DNA of 64,000 nt from NCBI GenBank assembly GCA_028534125.1, contig CM052832.1, forward strand, positions 10,356,001 through 10,420,000, written 5' to 3'. Positions 1-10,525 of this stretch are shown here, in pieces; within the stretch, counting starts at the first letter, position 1, and each line of letters opens with the position of its first letter. Source of the stretch: Lama glama (taxonomy: Eukaryota). A model generated the notes under the pieces. It did not search any database. It was not told where the DNA came from and saw only the letters and a program-made list of their open reading frames with translations. A program made the translations under genes and the position numbers.

Positions 1-529
1 GCTGGAACCAGCAGTTCCCTCTGAGTCAATGATTTGCACTTGGCATAGAAAGGCCTGGAGACGTATAGGTTGTGCTAAGCCAGAAAGTATGCAGGAAAGC
101 TTGGAAAGAATACCAGATCTGGGCAGTTCAGAGTTGAGGTGGTAGAACAGAGTCAAGACCCAAGTCTGAAAGCCAGGCCAAGTCAATCTGCACTAGAACA
201 GCTCCTTAGCAGCCCACCTGGCGTGAAAGCTGGTTTTCCTGAGCTGGCAGACGCAGGATACAAGTAGGTAGGCTCGGCTGAAAGACCCAGGATTGAGGCA
301 CAACGTTTGTCTCGGGCTGTCTCCTGCCTTTAGGAACTTCCAGGCTTACCATTTACCAGGGAACATGGCTGACAGCTGTGAAACAAAGAGAGGCCCTTTC
401 TGTCTTAGGCTGGTTCTCAGTGTAACATGAATTCCTGTTCTGCCTCAAGGTTCTAAGCCAGGGGAGACTAAGGTCCTCCAGTAGCAGCTCTTTGCCTCAG
501 GGGTGCTATCTTTCAAGATAATGCCCCTC

Positions 530-760
530 GCCAATATTTACTGAGCATTTACTATGTATATAATTCTGTTTGTTTTCCCTGTATTATTAAAGCGTTCAAC
601 AGCTCCATGGAACAGATACTGTTGTTATCGTCCCCATTTTATACATAAGAAAACGGTGTTGCTGAGAGGTCAGTCAGCTTTCTCCAGGTCTCGCACAGCT
701 AGGAAATGGTGAGCAGACATTCAGAGATAGGCCGTCTGATGCCAAAGCTCAGGGCAGTGC
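530..760 (-). mobile_element. MIR SINE
   Basis: Antisense MIR core 'tccccattttatacataagaaaac...gagaggtcagtcagctttctccaggtctcgcacagctaggaaatgg' and tail 'atatttactgagcatttactatgt'. Confidence 0.8.
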
Positions 761-869
761 TGCATTGCCTCCCAGGCAGCAACGCTTTTCTGCGGAAGAG
801 ATTCTTGTTCATCTGTCTAAGAAGGTGGGTGCACTGATGCTGGAGAGGGGTGCTGATCCTGTGCTGGGT

Positions 870-962
870 GGTCCTCACCTCTCTGTGCCTCAGTTTCCAC
901 ACTTGTGAGATGAAATGATCACCTGATAGTCTCTAGAACCCTTCCTGCCCAGAGGTCCATGA
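870..962 (+). mobile_element. MIR3/MIRc fragment
   Basis: Core 'ctcacctctctgtgcctcagtttccacacttgtgagatg' followed by an L3-like tail 'ctctagaacccttcctgccc'. Confidence 0.65.
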
Positions 963-1524
963 ACAGTCCTCTAGAAGGCAAGACAACCATGGTTGATGCT
1001 TGGAAGAAGTTAAACTCTTTCTGGCTCTTAAATCTTAGCCGTGCAGAATCCTCACAGACGCAGTGACAAAGTGCACCCAAAAAACCCCCCAGAACATCTC
1101 AAATGCTGTTGACAGGAAGATTCCCAGCAGGAGGACTGGGCAAGGGGCATGGAGCCAATGCGTGTCTCTCATGATTCTCTTCCTTAGGAAGACGCAGGGA
1201 GCGTGAGCAGGCTGGTTCATTATAACTGTATTTACTGCATTGATTTCCGTTGCTTTGACGAGGAAAACTTCCAACAGGAGATGCAAATTGCCTTGGGACC
1301 TACAAATCTTGCTAGCACAGCCCTGGCAGCCTCAGACCAGAGCAACCAGTGTGGTGATTTCTTCTCCTCTGAAGAGGTATCTCTGAGTTTTGGAGTGAAG
1401 TGAGAGAAGGGTCCAGGGCCATGGGGTAGGGTGATCCAGCCCTGTGGGCTTGGCCTCAGGAATCTGGTGAGGAACTCAGCTTCCCAATCTGTGGTCTCCC
1501 AACGTGCTGCTGTGGATCAGACAG

Positions 1525-1710
1525 CTGGCTTCACCACCAACCTTGAACAAAATACTTGACCTCTGTAGCCTCAGTTTCCTCATCTGTGAAATGGGGATCA
1601 TAGCAGTACTTACCTCATCAAATTACTATGCAGAGTAAATGAGTTACTCTAGGTAAAGCACCTAGAATAGCAACTGGTTCATGGTAAAGTGCTACAGAAA
1701 TGTTGGCTCT
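1525..1710 (+). mobile_element. MIR SINE
   Basis: 'cctcagtttcctcatctgtgaaatggggatcatagcagtacttacctca...gtaaagcacctagaatag' matches MIR core and 3' end. Confidence 0.9.
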
Positions 1711-1724
1711 AAAAATCTTTCCTT

Positions 1725-1872
1725 ACCAGACTGGAAGCTTCCTAGGGGCAGGGATCTTGACTCCCTGTATAACATCATGCCCATAGTGCCTACCACCATG
1801 CCTGGCCTGCAACAGAGCCTCAACATCTAAAAATAGCATTCATATCTATGAATGATAAATAGATGAGTGATG
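1725..1872 (+). mobile_element. L2 LINE 3' end
   Basis: 'agactggaagcttcctaggggcagggatcttg...gtgcctaccaccatgcctggc...gaatgataaatagatgagtga' typical L2 tail. Confidence 0.75.
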
Positions 1873-3064
1873 AGAGTGCTTTACAAACTGGTAAATGCGA
1901 CTCAGGAGTCTGACAGAATTATTATCTATTACTAGTTGTGATCACCTGGTTTCTCCTGGGAGTCTCTGGTAGCTCAGAAACTGGAGGGTATAGAACACCT
2001 TGGGTCTGGTTCATTGATCTGATGCTTTCTGTCAACAGGCTGTTCAGGGTCTTGGGACCCATCTATTAGCAGTCACCAGTCAGGATGTTGAAGATATAGG
2101 TCAACTGAGAGGGAGGAGGCAGAGGTTCAGAACTGTAGACTCACTGCCTACTTTTGGCCAGAAAACTCCTTATTTAACCAAAGCAGGCATCTGAAACAAA
2201 AAGCCCATAAGGGCCAGAGAGGTAACAGGGTGGTGCTGAGGGAGGGGCCTGCATTTGTGCTGAACCCGGTTTGGGCTGCATTGTTTTGAGACACACGTAG
2301 CTCATTAAGGCCCTGTGATTGCCCTTCACGTCCGCCAAGCATTCTGCTCGCCTGTGTTTTCTCACACCACACCATCGTGGTGGTCCAGGCTTGGTGTTCC
2401 TGGTTGTGATACAGACACTGATGCAGAAACATGGGTCCTCATTGTTAGAAGTACAAGACCAGAGGCACCCTGATGAGTGACACCTGACTCCCAGGCTCGG
2501 GTTGGGACAGTGGCACCTTGGAGAGCACGGCCATCTCTCTGCTCCAACCAACTGATGCCTGTGGATGCTGTCCCAAACTGTGGGACCAATGTGGTAGAAG
2601 CTTCTGATTTTTCCAGAGAAGGTAAAAACCTGTTCCTTACATGGACCCTCTCGATGCTCACACAACGCATGGAAAAATGAGTGCAAAGTGTTTTAATTTT
2701 TGGAAGTCTCCCGTGCCTGTTTCAAATGTTTGTTTTTAGGTCACTGCCAGAATTGTTTGGCTTAATGAAAAAAAAATGTATTTGCCAAGCAATCCCTGGG
2801 GCAATGGTTTTTCTTGGCATTCGGCAAGCTTTTTAGGTGGCCTTTCTTTAATTCCTTTATCACTCATGATCCTAGCACCTACTGTGTGGGGAAGGAAAAG
2901 TTCTAGAAGAGCTAGAAGGAAAAGGCTCATGTGGGAGAGTTTGGGATACAGAGACGAAGGGGCTACAGCTTAGGGAAGAAAGAACAGAGTAGCATACAGA
3001 TCAATCACATGTACCTAGAAGAGAGGACCATGCAGAGTGGTAAGTAAGTAGTAAGGTAGGTAAG

Positions 3065-3290
3065 ATCTGGGATGCTTTCAGCTATAAATGACAGAAACCT
3101 GAGTAAAAGTGGATTAAACCGGGAGCTTTAACTCAACATGAGGACTGGAGAAGGGCCATCATAGTGCCTTATTCCTATGCAGTTCATCCAGGATTACAGT
3201 TTACTCCATCCTTCTGCTCTGCCATTCTGCTTATGTCTGTGTTGCCTCGTGGCCTCATTATGGCTGCTATAAGTTTCACCTTCATTCTGC
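3065..3290 (-). mobile_element. Old MaLR (MLT1J/K/L-like) LTR fragment
   Basis: 'atgctttcagctataaatgacagaaacctgagtaaaagtggattaaac...ttctgctctgccattct...atggctgc' antisense MLT1 end. Confidence 0.6.
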
Positions 3291-3299
3291 TGAGTGTCA

Positions 3300-3672
3300 C
3301 ACAGCCTTCTTGTTATTCCTTAAACAAGCCAAGCTAGTGCCTGCCCCAGGGCCTTTGCACTGAGGTCCTCTCTGACTGAATACTCTTCTACCAGATTCTT
3401 TCATGGCTCATCCTTTATTTCACTCAGGTTTTGTTCAGATGTCCCCAAGAGTACCCCACCTCCTGCTGCAATTAGTCCATTATCGTGCTTTGTTTTTCTT
3501 TGGACCACTCACTTATCATTACTTGAAGTTATGGTATTTACTTATTTATCATCTGTCTCCACTTCTAAAATCAGGCTCCCTGAGGACAACAATTTTCTCT
3601 TTTTATCACTGCACCTTAAAGAGAGCCTGGCATACAGTAGGTGTTTAATAAATACTTGTTTAGTGAACAAAT
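3300..3672 (+). mobile_element. L2a LINE 3' region
   Basis: 'cctgccccagggcctttgcac...gcctggcatacagtaggtgtttaataaatacttgtttagtgaa'. Confidence 0.85.
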
Positions 3673-3939
3673 AACTATGGCCTTAATTTTGCCCTTGAAC
3701 AATTCATAGTGTATTTGGGGAGACAGAAAAGATACCTAGACTGATAAATAAAACAAAGGTGGCCTACGGTAAAAGCCAGATAAATGGTTTCTGACCATCA
3801 GAGGGCAGAATGGTGTTGTTTACTTGTAGGGAGGAGGTCTCGAAGAGCTGGGAGCATTTAGATAAGGTGATGTAGCTGACACCATGGCTGCCCCACCCAC
3901 TCCCCTGGCCCCCTTCAGGTTCACCTGTATCTGGGTAGA

Positions 3940-4344
3940 CAGTGGCAAGGCATGCTGGCTCTACCCACTCACATGCCCAGGTCCTTAGTTCTCTGGGGTT
4001 TTCTGGTCCCAAGGGAACTTGCTCAGCCTGGGTGCAGAGTGACCCAGAGAGGCTAGAGAGGAAAGCCCCAGGAGTGAGTAAATAAATATTTCTGCCTTCC
4101 TGTTCAGCACTGGGACAATGTGGAGGCATGTTCTCCAGTGTCTCTGGTGGGTGTGAGTGCAGGTGCCCATATCAGTAACCCCCACATTTGTATCCTACTC
4201 CCCGCCTCCATTGGCTTTCCTCCCAGCCTCGTCTCACTTCCCCTGCACCTCACTTGGGTGTCTTGGGATCACCTCTCAAAAAAACCATCAGCACTCACTG
4301 TCTTGTCCAGTGGAGTCTGCTTTCAGGAAGCCAAAACCAAGACA
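3940..4344 (+). mobile_element. ERVL solo LTR, LTR16 family
   Basis: 3' end 'gtctcacttcccc...tgggatcacctctcaaaaaaacca...gtctgctttcaggaagccaaaaccaagaca' resembles LTR16 terminus. Confidence 0.7.
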
Positions 4345-4514
4345 GGCAGGGTGGAGCAGAGGCATGTCCAATACCATAGAAAAAGTCAGAAACCCAGAGG
4401 TTTCCCTGTGGTCCTGACTCTCCAGCAATCTGCTGGCATCATTGCCCTTGATCCTTGGTGAAGGGCGGTAGGGAGAGCGGGGAGGGGGCGAGGTGAATTT
4501 AGGGAAAAGGCAAT

Positions 4515-4665
4515 GGTTCGGACGTCAAGAGTCCTGGGCTCTGTCTTGGATCTGCCACTAACATGCTGTGTGCCCTTGGCCAAATCCCTTTCCCTCTCTG
4601 GACTTTAGTCTAGTCACTGGCCCAAGGAAGTGGTTGGATTGTCTAATCTCAAAACTGCTTTCTTG
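4515..4665 (+). mobile_element. MIR3/MIRc fragment
   Basis: 'gtcaagagtcctgggctctg...tctgccactaacatgctgtgtgcccttggccaaatccctttccctctctggac'. Confidence 0.75.
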
Positions 4666-5829
4666 CGCTGGGGCTCCAGCTTTGTGGTTTGTTTTCTTCA
4701 TTTCTCTCCCCCTCACTCACTGCAGTTGTCTGCATTTGCCTCTCTGTCTTTCTTAAAGTCAGAATGCTGGGACAGTTTTGGGGGGCTGCCTGGTAAGATA
4801 GCCAGCTTTAGTTGTCCCTGTTAAGGGTAGGTGAGGCTTAATCCATGCAGCACTCACTGGGAAGCTGGAGAAAACCATCTTCTCTACGTCTGGGGTGTCA
4901 TTATTGTTAATAATGATGACATCAATCTACCTCATCAGACCCAGAAGTGCTTAACTAAGAAAAATGCTTTTGTGACTGTTAGTAAATATAAAGTGTGCCC
5001 ACTCAATCAGACTGACACCCCCACATGGGCGGGTTCGCTCCCTTCCCCACACCCTGACGGGTCGTTTGCAATCCTGCCCTTCTTCAAATGACAGCATTTA
5101 TTTTTTATTGATGTCTCAGCACTTTGACAAATACATTTTTCCATGAAGAGAAACATAATTAACTTAAGTCATTTATATTAATCACAAGGGGGAAAAATCA
5201 TGCAAAACAGGGGTAATTTTGTATTGAACAAGGCACGTTATCTAATGAATATAGATGGTGCTGATTTATGTGTTTATCCAAAAAGCATCGGTGGGGAAAA
5301 AACAGCCATCATCAAACCCCACCCAACGCCCCGCCAAAAGCTGAAAAAATAATCCTTCAAAGATGCTTCCTGGTTTGGTGGCATTCTGCCCACAGATTGA
5401 AAAATCAAGTGACTTTTCAAGTATTTACGGAGCTTGAACAGCAAGAGACATTCTTTCCTGGTGTGGGTGTCCTCTGCATGAATCCCAAGGAAGCTATAAC
5501 TACTTACTCCTCAAACACTATGCTGATGGGGCCGGGTCTGCACAGGTGGGATGGGGGTACTTTCCTGTGGAAGCTTTGGGACGGGCCCCGAGGTCTGTCT
5601 TTGCAGGGTGCGGGCGGCAGGGACCTGGCCACATAGTTCAGATTCCCCGGCTATGTCGAACAACGCAAGGTGACTCATTTGATAGGAAAGTTGCAGTTGG
5701 AACAATTCCCCATTGTGACTAAGAGTGTAATGCCTGCCTTCCGTTTGTGTAAAGCTGTTGCCTGCGGCTCACAGATCCCAAGTAGAAATGCGAGTGGGAG
5801 GAGGTTAGGAAGCATCACAGGTGTGTCAC

Positions 5830-6140
5830 TGAACCACAGAATGTTCCAGCTGGAAGTCCATACCCAGCGTGAGACCCACCCCCTCATTTTCCCATTGAGG
5901 AAACAAAACCAGGGAATAACAACGGTTGGCATTTATTGAGCACTCATTACGTGCCAGGCTCTGCTCTAAGTGGTTTTTTGCATTTTACTCCTTGCAGTCA
6001 TTTTTATGGGATAGGTGCTATCATTGTCCCCATTCTACAGATGAGGAAACTAAAGCTTAGAGAAAAGAGGGTGCTTCTGCCAGGCCCCACAGTGAGTAGC
6101 TGGCTGAACCAGACCCCAGACTGCAGTCTTTCTAAACCTC
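5830..6140 (-). mobile_element. Adjacent MIR3 fragment (~5830-5915) and MIR (~5915-6140)
   Basis: 'ccctcattttcccattgaggaaac' then 'catttattgagcactcattacgtgccaggc...cccattctacagatgaggaaactaaagcttagaga'. Confidence 0.85.
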
Positions 6141-6490
6141 ATCCAGAAGGAGAGGGCAGCAGGTTGTCCCATGTGTATGCAGTACCCATGAGGAGCTTTG
6201 GAGCAAGACTTCAGAAGCTTTTTTAGAGCCCTCTTCCATCTCTTTTCTTTATGTGGTCTGTTCCCTTTTTGTCGTCCCTAGCCATAAATATCCCCACAAA
6301 ATCTCTGAGGACTGGGAGCTTGCCTCAGGGACACAGAGGTGACAGTTTAATGAGCTCAGAGATGTTATTTCTGGGGAGAATCTGGGTAGGAGTTACTGGG
6401 TGGAGGCACAAGAGCCGGGGCCTGGGGTTCCCAGAAGAAGAGAGACAGGCCAGCCTTGAAGCTGCTCCAGGCCCTGCAAGACCCTGCAGT

Positions 6491-6519
6491 GGCAGCGGCA
6501 GCGGCAGCGGCAGCGGCAG

Positions 6520-6567
<48 letters not shown>
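6491..6567 (+). repeat. Compound microsatellite (GGCAGC)4 GGCAGT GG (CAG)14 CAA
   Basis: Read directly: hexamer units 6491-6520, pure CAG run 6523-6564. Confidence 0.97.
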
Positions 6568-6739
6568 TGGCTACTCGTTTTACAGGTAGAGAAGCAGACA
6601 GGATGGCAGTTCCTGACTGCTCGGCAGGTGGAGTGGTGAGCCTAGGAGGGGAGGCTGGATCCTTTGTTTCTTCTTCTTGTCCGCCTGGACCCACAGTGAT
6701 TTCATTCCTCCCCAGACCCTCAAATAGAAGTCCTGGGGG

Positions 6740-6930
6740 TCAGTGGACTCTGGAGCCAGACTGTCTGGATTGAAATCCTGCCTCTCCCGTTTGCTGTGTG
6801 ACCTTGGAGGAATCCCTTAACTTCTCTACTCTCAGTGTTCTGTACTTCCAACCAGAGGATGGCTAAGGATAAATGCTCAGATTTAGAACAGTGTGACATA
6901 TGTAAGTGTGGGCTATTATTATAATTATTG
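6740..6930 (+). mobile_element. MIR SINE
   Basis: 'ggactctggagccagactgtctggattgaaatcctg...gctgtgtgaccttggaggaatcccttaacttctct'. Confidence 0.85.
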
Positions 6931-7424
6931 TGTAAAGGACCCAAATCTCATGAGTACCCACCTCCTTGTCTACGACCCATACAAGTCCTAAGCAGATGTC
7001 AGGGTTGGCAGGGCTGGCGTGGTTTGGGGGGAGCAGAGAGGGCCCGGAAGTGTTTCTGGCTGGGAGCAGGACAGGGAGGGGAGGCAGGGACCCACGGACA
7101 GGCTCTGAACCTCCTCTCCTGCTGGCTGACCAGGCTGCAATTTGTCTCTTGCCTGGTCCATGGTTCCCCGCACAGGCCGGCTGAGCAGGTACCACGACCC
7201 CATCCATCCTCAGCTGCCTGGATGGCAGCGCCAGAGGGCACATCTGTCACTGTCTCCCGTGGCATGGATGACTGGTGTGTCATCTTTGACAAATGTCTGT
7301 GCCAGCAAGCTCTGTGCGGCTGTGGGTACTTATAGATGCCGAAAACTCACAAACACAGACGGGCAGCTCCACACACCAGCGAACACAAATGAGGACCAGG
7401 GCTGAATGGAGGGGCAGGGAGGGG

Positions 7425-7580
7425 CTGTGCAGAAAGACCTGGGCTCTGACTCACTCTTCGTGAAACTCTGGGCAAACCATTTCCTCTTCCTGTGCCTGAG
7501 TTTACCCCCAGTGGAGCTGTAGGGGCTGGAGGGTGTGGAATAAAGGTCCCTGTCCTGCCTTCAGCAGTGTTCTAGGAATC
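7425..7580 (+). mobile_element. MIR3 fragment
   Basis: 'agacctgggctctg...ctctgggcaaaccatttcctcttcctgtgcctgagttt'. Confidence 0.55.
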
Positions 7581-7604
7581 AGTCATAATTTTCATTACAT
7601 TGTT

Positions 7605-7775
7605 AGTAATGATACCAACTAACCCTTATCAGTCACCTGCTTTGGTTCTGGCATTTTGTACATTCATACACTAACTCACCAAATTGTCCAAAACAAGCCC
7701 ATTTTACAGATGCGGAAATTGAGATGCAGGAAAGCAGCTTATCTGGGGTCACATAGTAAGTGGCATTGCCAGTTC
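7605..7775 (-). mobile_element. MIR SINE
   Basis: 'cccattttacagatgcggaaattgagatgcagg...ggtcacatagtaagtggca'. Confidence 0.75.
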
Positions 7776-7779
7776 TAGG

Positions 7780-7985
7780 CTGGGAGCCAGCAATCTTGAT
7801 CTGTAAAGGGCCAGAGAGTTCATGTTTTATGCTTTGTATGCTATGTGGTCTTGGCTGCATCCACTCAACTCTGCCATTGTTGTTTGGAAGTCACACAGTA
7901 AATGTATGGATGTGCTTGTGTATCAGTGTCCCTTTATCTACAAAAATACAAAAATAGGTGGCCAGCTGGATTTGCCGACTCCATG
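7780..7985. mobile_element. MER58A-like hAT-Charlie MITE
   Basis: 'ctgtaaagggccagagagt...actcaactctgccattgt...gctggatttgccgactcc' matches MER58A body and terminus. Confidence 0.8.
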
Positions 7986-8007
7986 CGAAAGGGCTGTTTA
8001 TACTTCA

Positions 8008-8268
8008 GAGAGGCAGTATCGGGTATGGCTGAGAATGTGGGCTTGGGAGCCAGACTGCCTGTGTTCCAACCCCAGCTGGGTCACTCATTGGTTGTGGGAT
8101 CCTGAGCAAGTGACTTAATAGCTCCATGCCTCAGTATCTCCATCTATAAAGTGGGAATTATAATATTGTCTGCCCCATAGTGGTGGTGTGAGAATTTATT
8201 TATTAATCGTGTAAAGCTCTCAGAGCAGTGCTGGGCACATCCTGAGCACTGGGTAACTGTCACTGATC
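8008..8268 (+). mobile_element. Near full-length MIR (MIRb-like)
   Basis: tRNA-like head 'gaggcagtatcgggtatggctgagaatgtgggcttgggagccagactgcct', core 'gcctcagtatctccatctataaagtggg', tail 'gtaaagctctcagagcagtgctgggcaca'. Confidence 0.9.
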
Positions 8269-8689
8269 ACAAGCCAGGGAACATCTTCACTGCCTGAGAG
8301 TCTGATGCCCATTTCCATGTCAGTTGGGCAGGAGCTCCTGGGTCAGCTCTCCTGGTTCCAGTTTTCTTTTTTTCTTCCCTCCACCAACCAAATCCTCAGT
8401 GAGGGAAGTGCCTGCTCTTCTATTTGTTCAGCTCTTAGCCCCTTAGGATGCCAGACAAAGGGAGCTTAGGGACTAGCCTGCTTCTTACCATTATAAGGGC
8501 ACCGAGGTCCAGATAGGGGAAGCAGCTTGCTCAAGGTCGCACAGCTTTTGGGCATCAGATTCACTGTCATCTTGGGTGGCAGCACGTTACCTCTGTGGTG
8601 TCCTTGCTATGTCACAGGTGTTCAGTGAAGCTTTGCTGGACACCTCTAACCTGGATAATGAACATCTTGTCCTCCATCACACCATGGGA

Positions 8690-9060
8690 CACTGGCCTTC
8701 TTGAGCTGTTGTCTAGGACGCATGGCTCTCTCCATGGTCACCACACTGCTCTTCCCTATGTCTGGAGTGCCCTTCCTGGCTCTTTTTCCAGCTGTCATTT
8801 CTTAGTAACATTTTCCCTGCCTGCCCTAACATCTAACTTCTATTGCCTGCTATAATTTTCCTCCTTGGTTTATATCCCTAACATCATACTTTCCTAATGC
8901 ATACTGTATGTTGTGTGTCTCTCTTACTAGAAGATGAGCTCGCTGATGGCAGGGCATTTTTTGTCTGATATGTTCATGGCTATAGTCCTTGGAGTTTAGA
9001 ACCCAGTTAGATGCATAGTAGGCACTCAATGCATACTTACTGAAAGAATGAATAAATTTC
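8690..9060 (+). mobile_element. L2 LINE 3' region
   Basis: Ends 'gcatagtaggcactcaatgcatacttactgaaagaatgaataaa'. Confidence 0.8.
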
Positions 9061-9064
9061 TTCA

Positions 9065-9770
9065 ATTTCTATTTTACTTGAAGTTTATATTTCATCAGAT
9101 ACTTCCATCATGTATTGATATGATCAAATTTTTCCCTTGAGTTTGTTGGAATAATGAATTATGTTAATTGACTTCCTGTTTTAAGTCTGTGTGCTACTAG
9201 GATAAATCCCACTTGATCATAATGATATTTTGCCAGATTTCATTTACTAGTGTTTTATTTCGAATTTTTACGTTTATAGTTCTACAGTTTCCTTTTTCTA
9301 AGCACTCTGTATCGGGTTTCAGTATGAAGGCAATGTGCACTTCATAAAGTGAATTGCAGTGCTTTATCTTTTTCTATGATCTGGAAGAGTTTAATTAACA
9401 CTGGAATTATTTGTTCTTTAAAGGTTACATAGAACTCAGCTGTGAAACCATCTGTTCCTAGTGCCTTTTCTAATGGCAGCTCTTTAATCACCTTTCCAGT
9501 CTCTTCTGTGGTAATTGGCCTTCTCATTTTCTGCTTCTCCTTGGGTCAATTTAGGTAATTTATATTTTTCTTGTTTAGTATCCACTTCTAGATTCCCTCT
9601 TTTGTTTCCACAGAGTTGATGTAGAATTCCCTTGCAATCTTTGAATCCCTGGTGCATCTAGGTTTATGTCTGCTTTCTCATTTCTAATTCTGCTTGATTT
9701 TGTTCTCTTTATTTCCCTTGAATCAGCCCCCTGACAAATTTGCCTAATCTCAGCATTTTGGAGAAATTGA
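9065..9770 (-). mobile_element. Old L1 (L1M) internal ORF2 fragment, decayed
   Basis: ORF 9342-9527 [52 protein letters not shown] matches the L1 ORF2 motif [31 protein letters not shown] just upstream of the RT core. Confidence 0.9.
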
Positions 9771-9869
9771 GAGCCCTGTGCCCACACCTGGAACCCAGGG
9801 GCTCATGGAGCAGTTCAAGATGGCGGCAGTGGCAGGACCCCAGTGGGTGAGGGAAGGGGGATGGTGATG

Positions 9870-10078
9870 GCTTGGTCTTGACTCCTGGCTCTCCCACTTA
9901 AAGGTTGTGTGACTTTGGCCAAACGCTTTGCTTCTTGGCACTTCAGTTTCGCTAGCTGTGATGGGGTGACGGTAGCAGTACCTAGCTCGCATGGGTGGAA
10001 AGGAGGACTAGATGGGTGTAGGCATGCAAAGTGCTGGGCACAGTACCTCGCAGAGTAACTGTGCAGTTAACATCAGGC
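9870..10078 (+). mobile_element. MIR SINE
   Basis: 'tcctggctctcccactta...tgtgtgactttggcc...cttcagtttc...gcaaagtgctgggcacagtacct'. Confidence 0.75.
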
Positions 10079-10274
10079 TTCATTGTGGAGGGAACATGAT
10101 GGAGGGAACCAGAGGTCATGAGAATTCCCAGAGGTCACTCAGAGTCCTGTAGAAGAACGGACTTTGGGCCCCTATCCTGCAGATATTTGAGAGGATTTGC
10201 GATTTGGAAACTAAGAGGAATGTGACCTTCCTCTGTGGTCCCAAGCTAGTCAGATATGGGGCCACAGCAGTGAC

Positions 10275-10525
10275 ACATATATGCTCTCATTAAATCTTTC
10301 CTGCACTCCAACAGGATAGGTATTAGGTGGAACCTATGAAAGTGCCAATATTCAACCATTTTTAACCTACAAAAAGGCACTTTCATATGGTTCACCCTAA
10401 TGTTATTATCATTTCCATTTTTCAGATGACAAGCTCAGAGGAGTTAAGCAGCTTTCCTAAGGTCACACAGCCTATTGGTAGAGGTATTTGGGTCAAACCA
10501 AGGCTATACAATTCCGAAGCCTTTA
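10275..10525 (-). mobile_element. MIR SINE interrupted by MADE2
   Basis: 'ctctcattaaatct...aggataggta[MADE2]tgttattatcatttccatttttcagatg...gaggagttaagcagctttcctaaggtcacacag'. Confidence 0.8.
10323..10400. mobile_element. MADE2 mariner-derived MITE (~78 bp)
   Basis: TIRs 'ttaggtggaacctatgaaagtgcc' and 'ggcactttcatatggttcaccctaa'; preceded by TA target site. Confidence 0.88.

Noticed and set aside
2174..2686. 170-aa minus-strand ORF
   Set aside because: No recognisable protein motif; length within chance expectation for six frames of 64 kb
6251..6773. Poly-Ala/Ser/Leu ORFs resembling homopolymer-rich transcription factors
   Set aside because: All arise from frames of the CAG/GGCAGC repeat; flanking translations show no recognisable domain
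8008..8110. tRNA-like sequence
   Set aside because: It is the tRNA-derived head of a MIR; no intact cloverleaf
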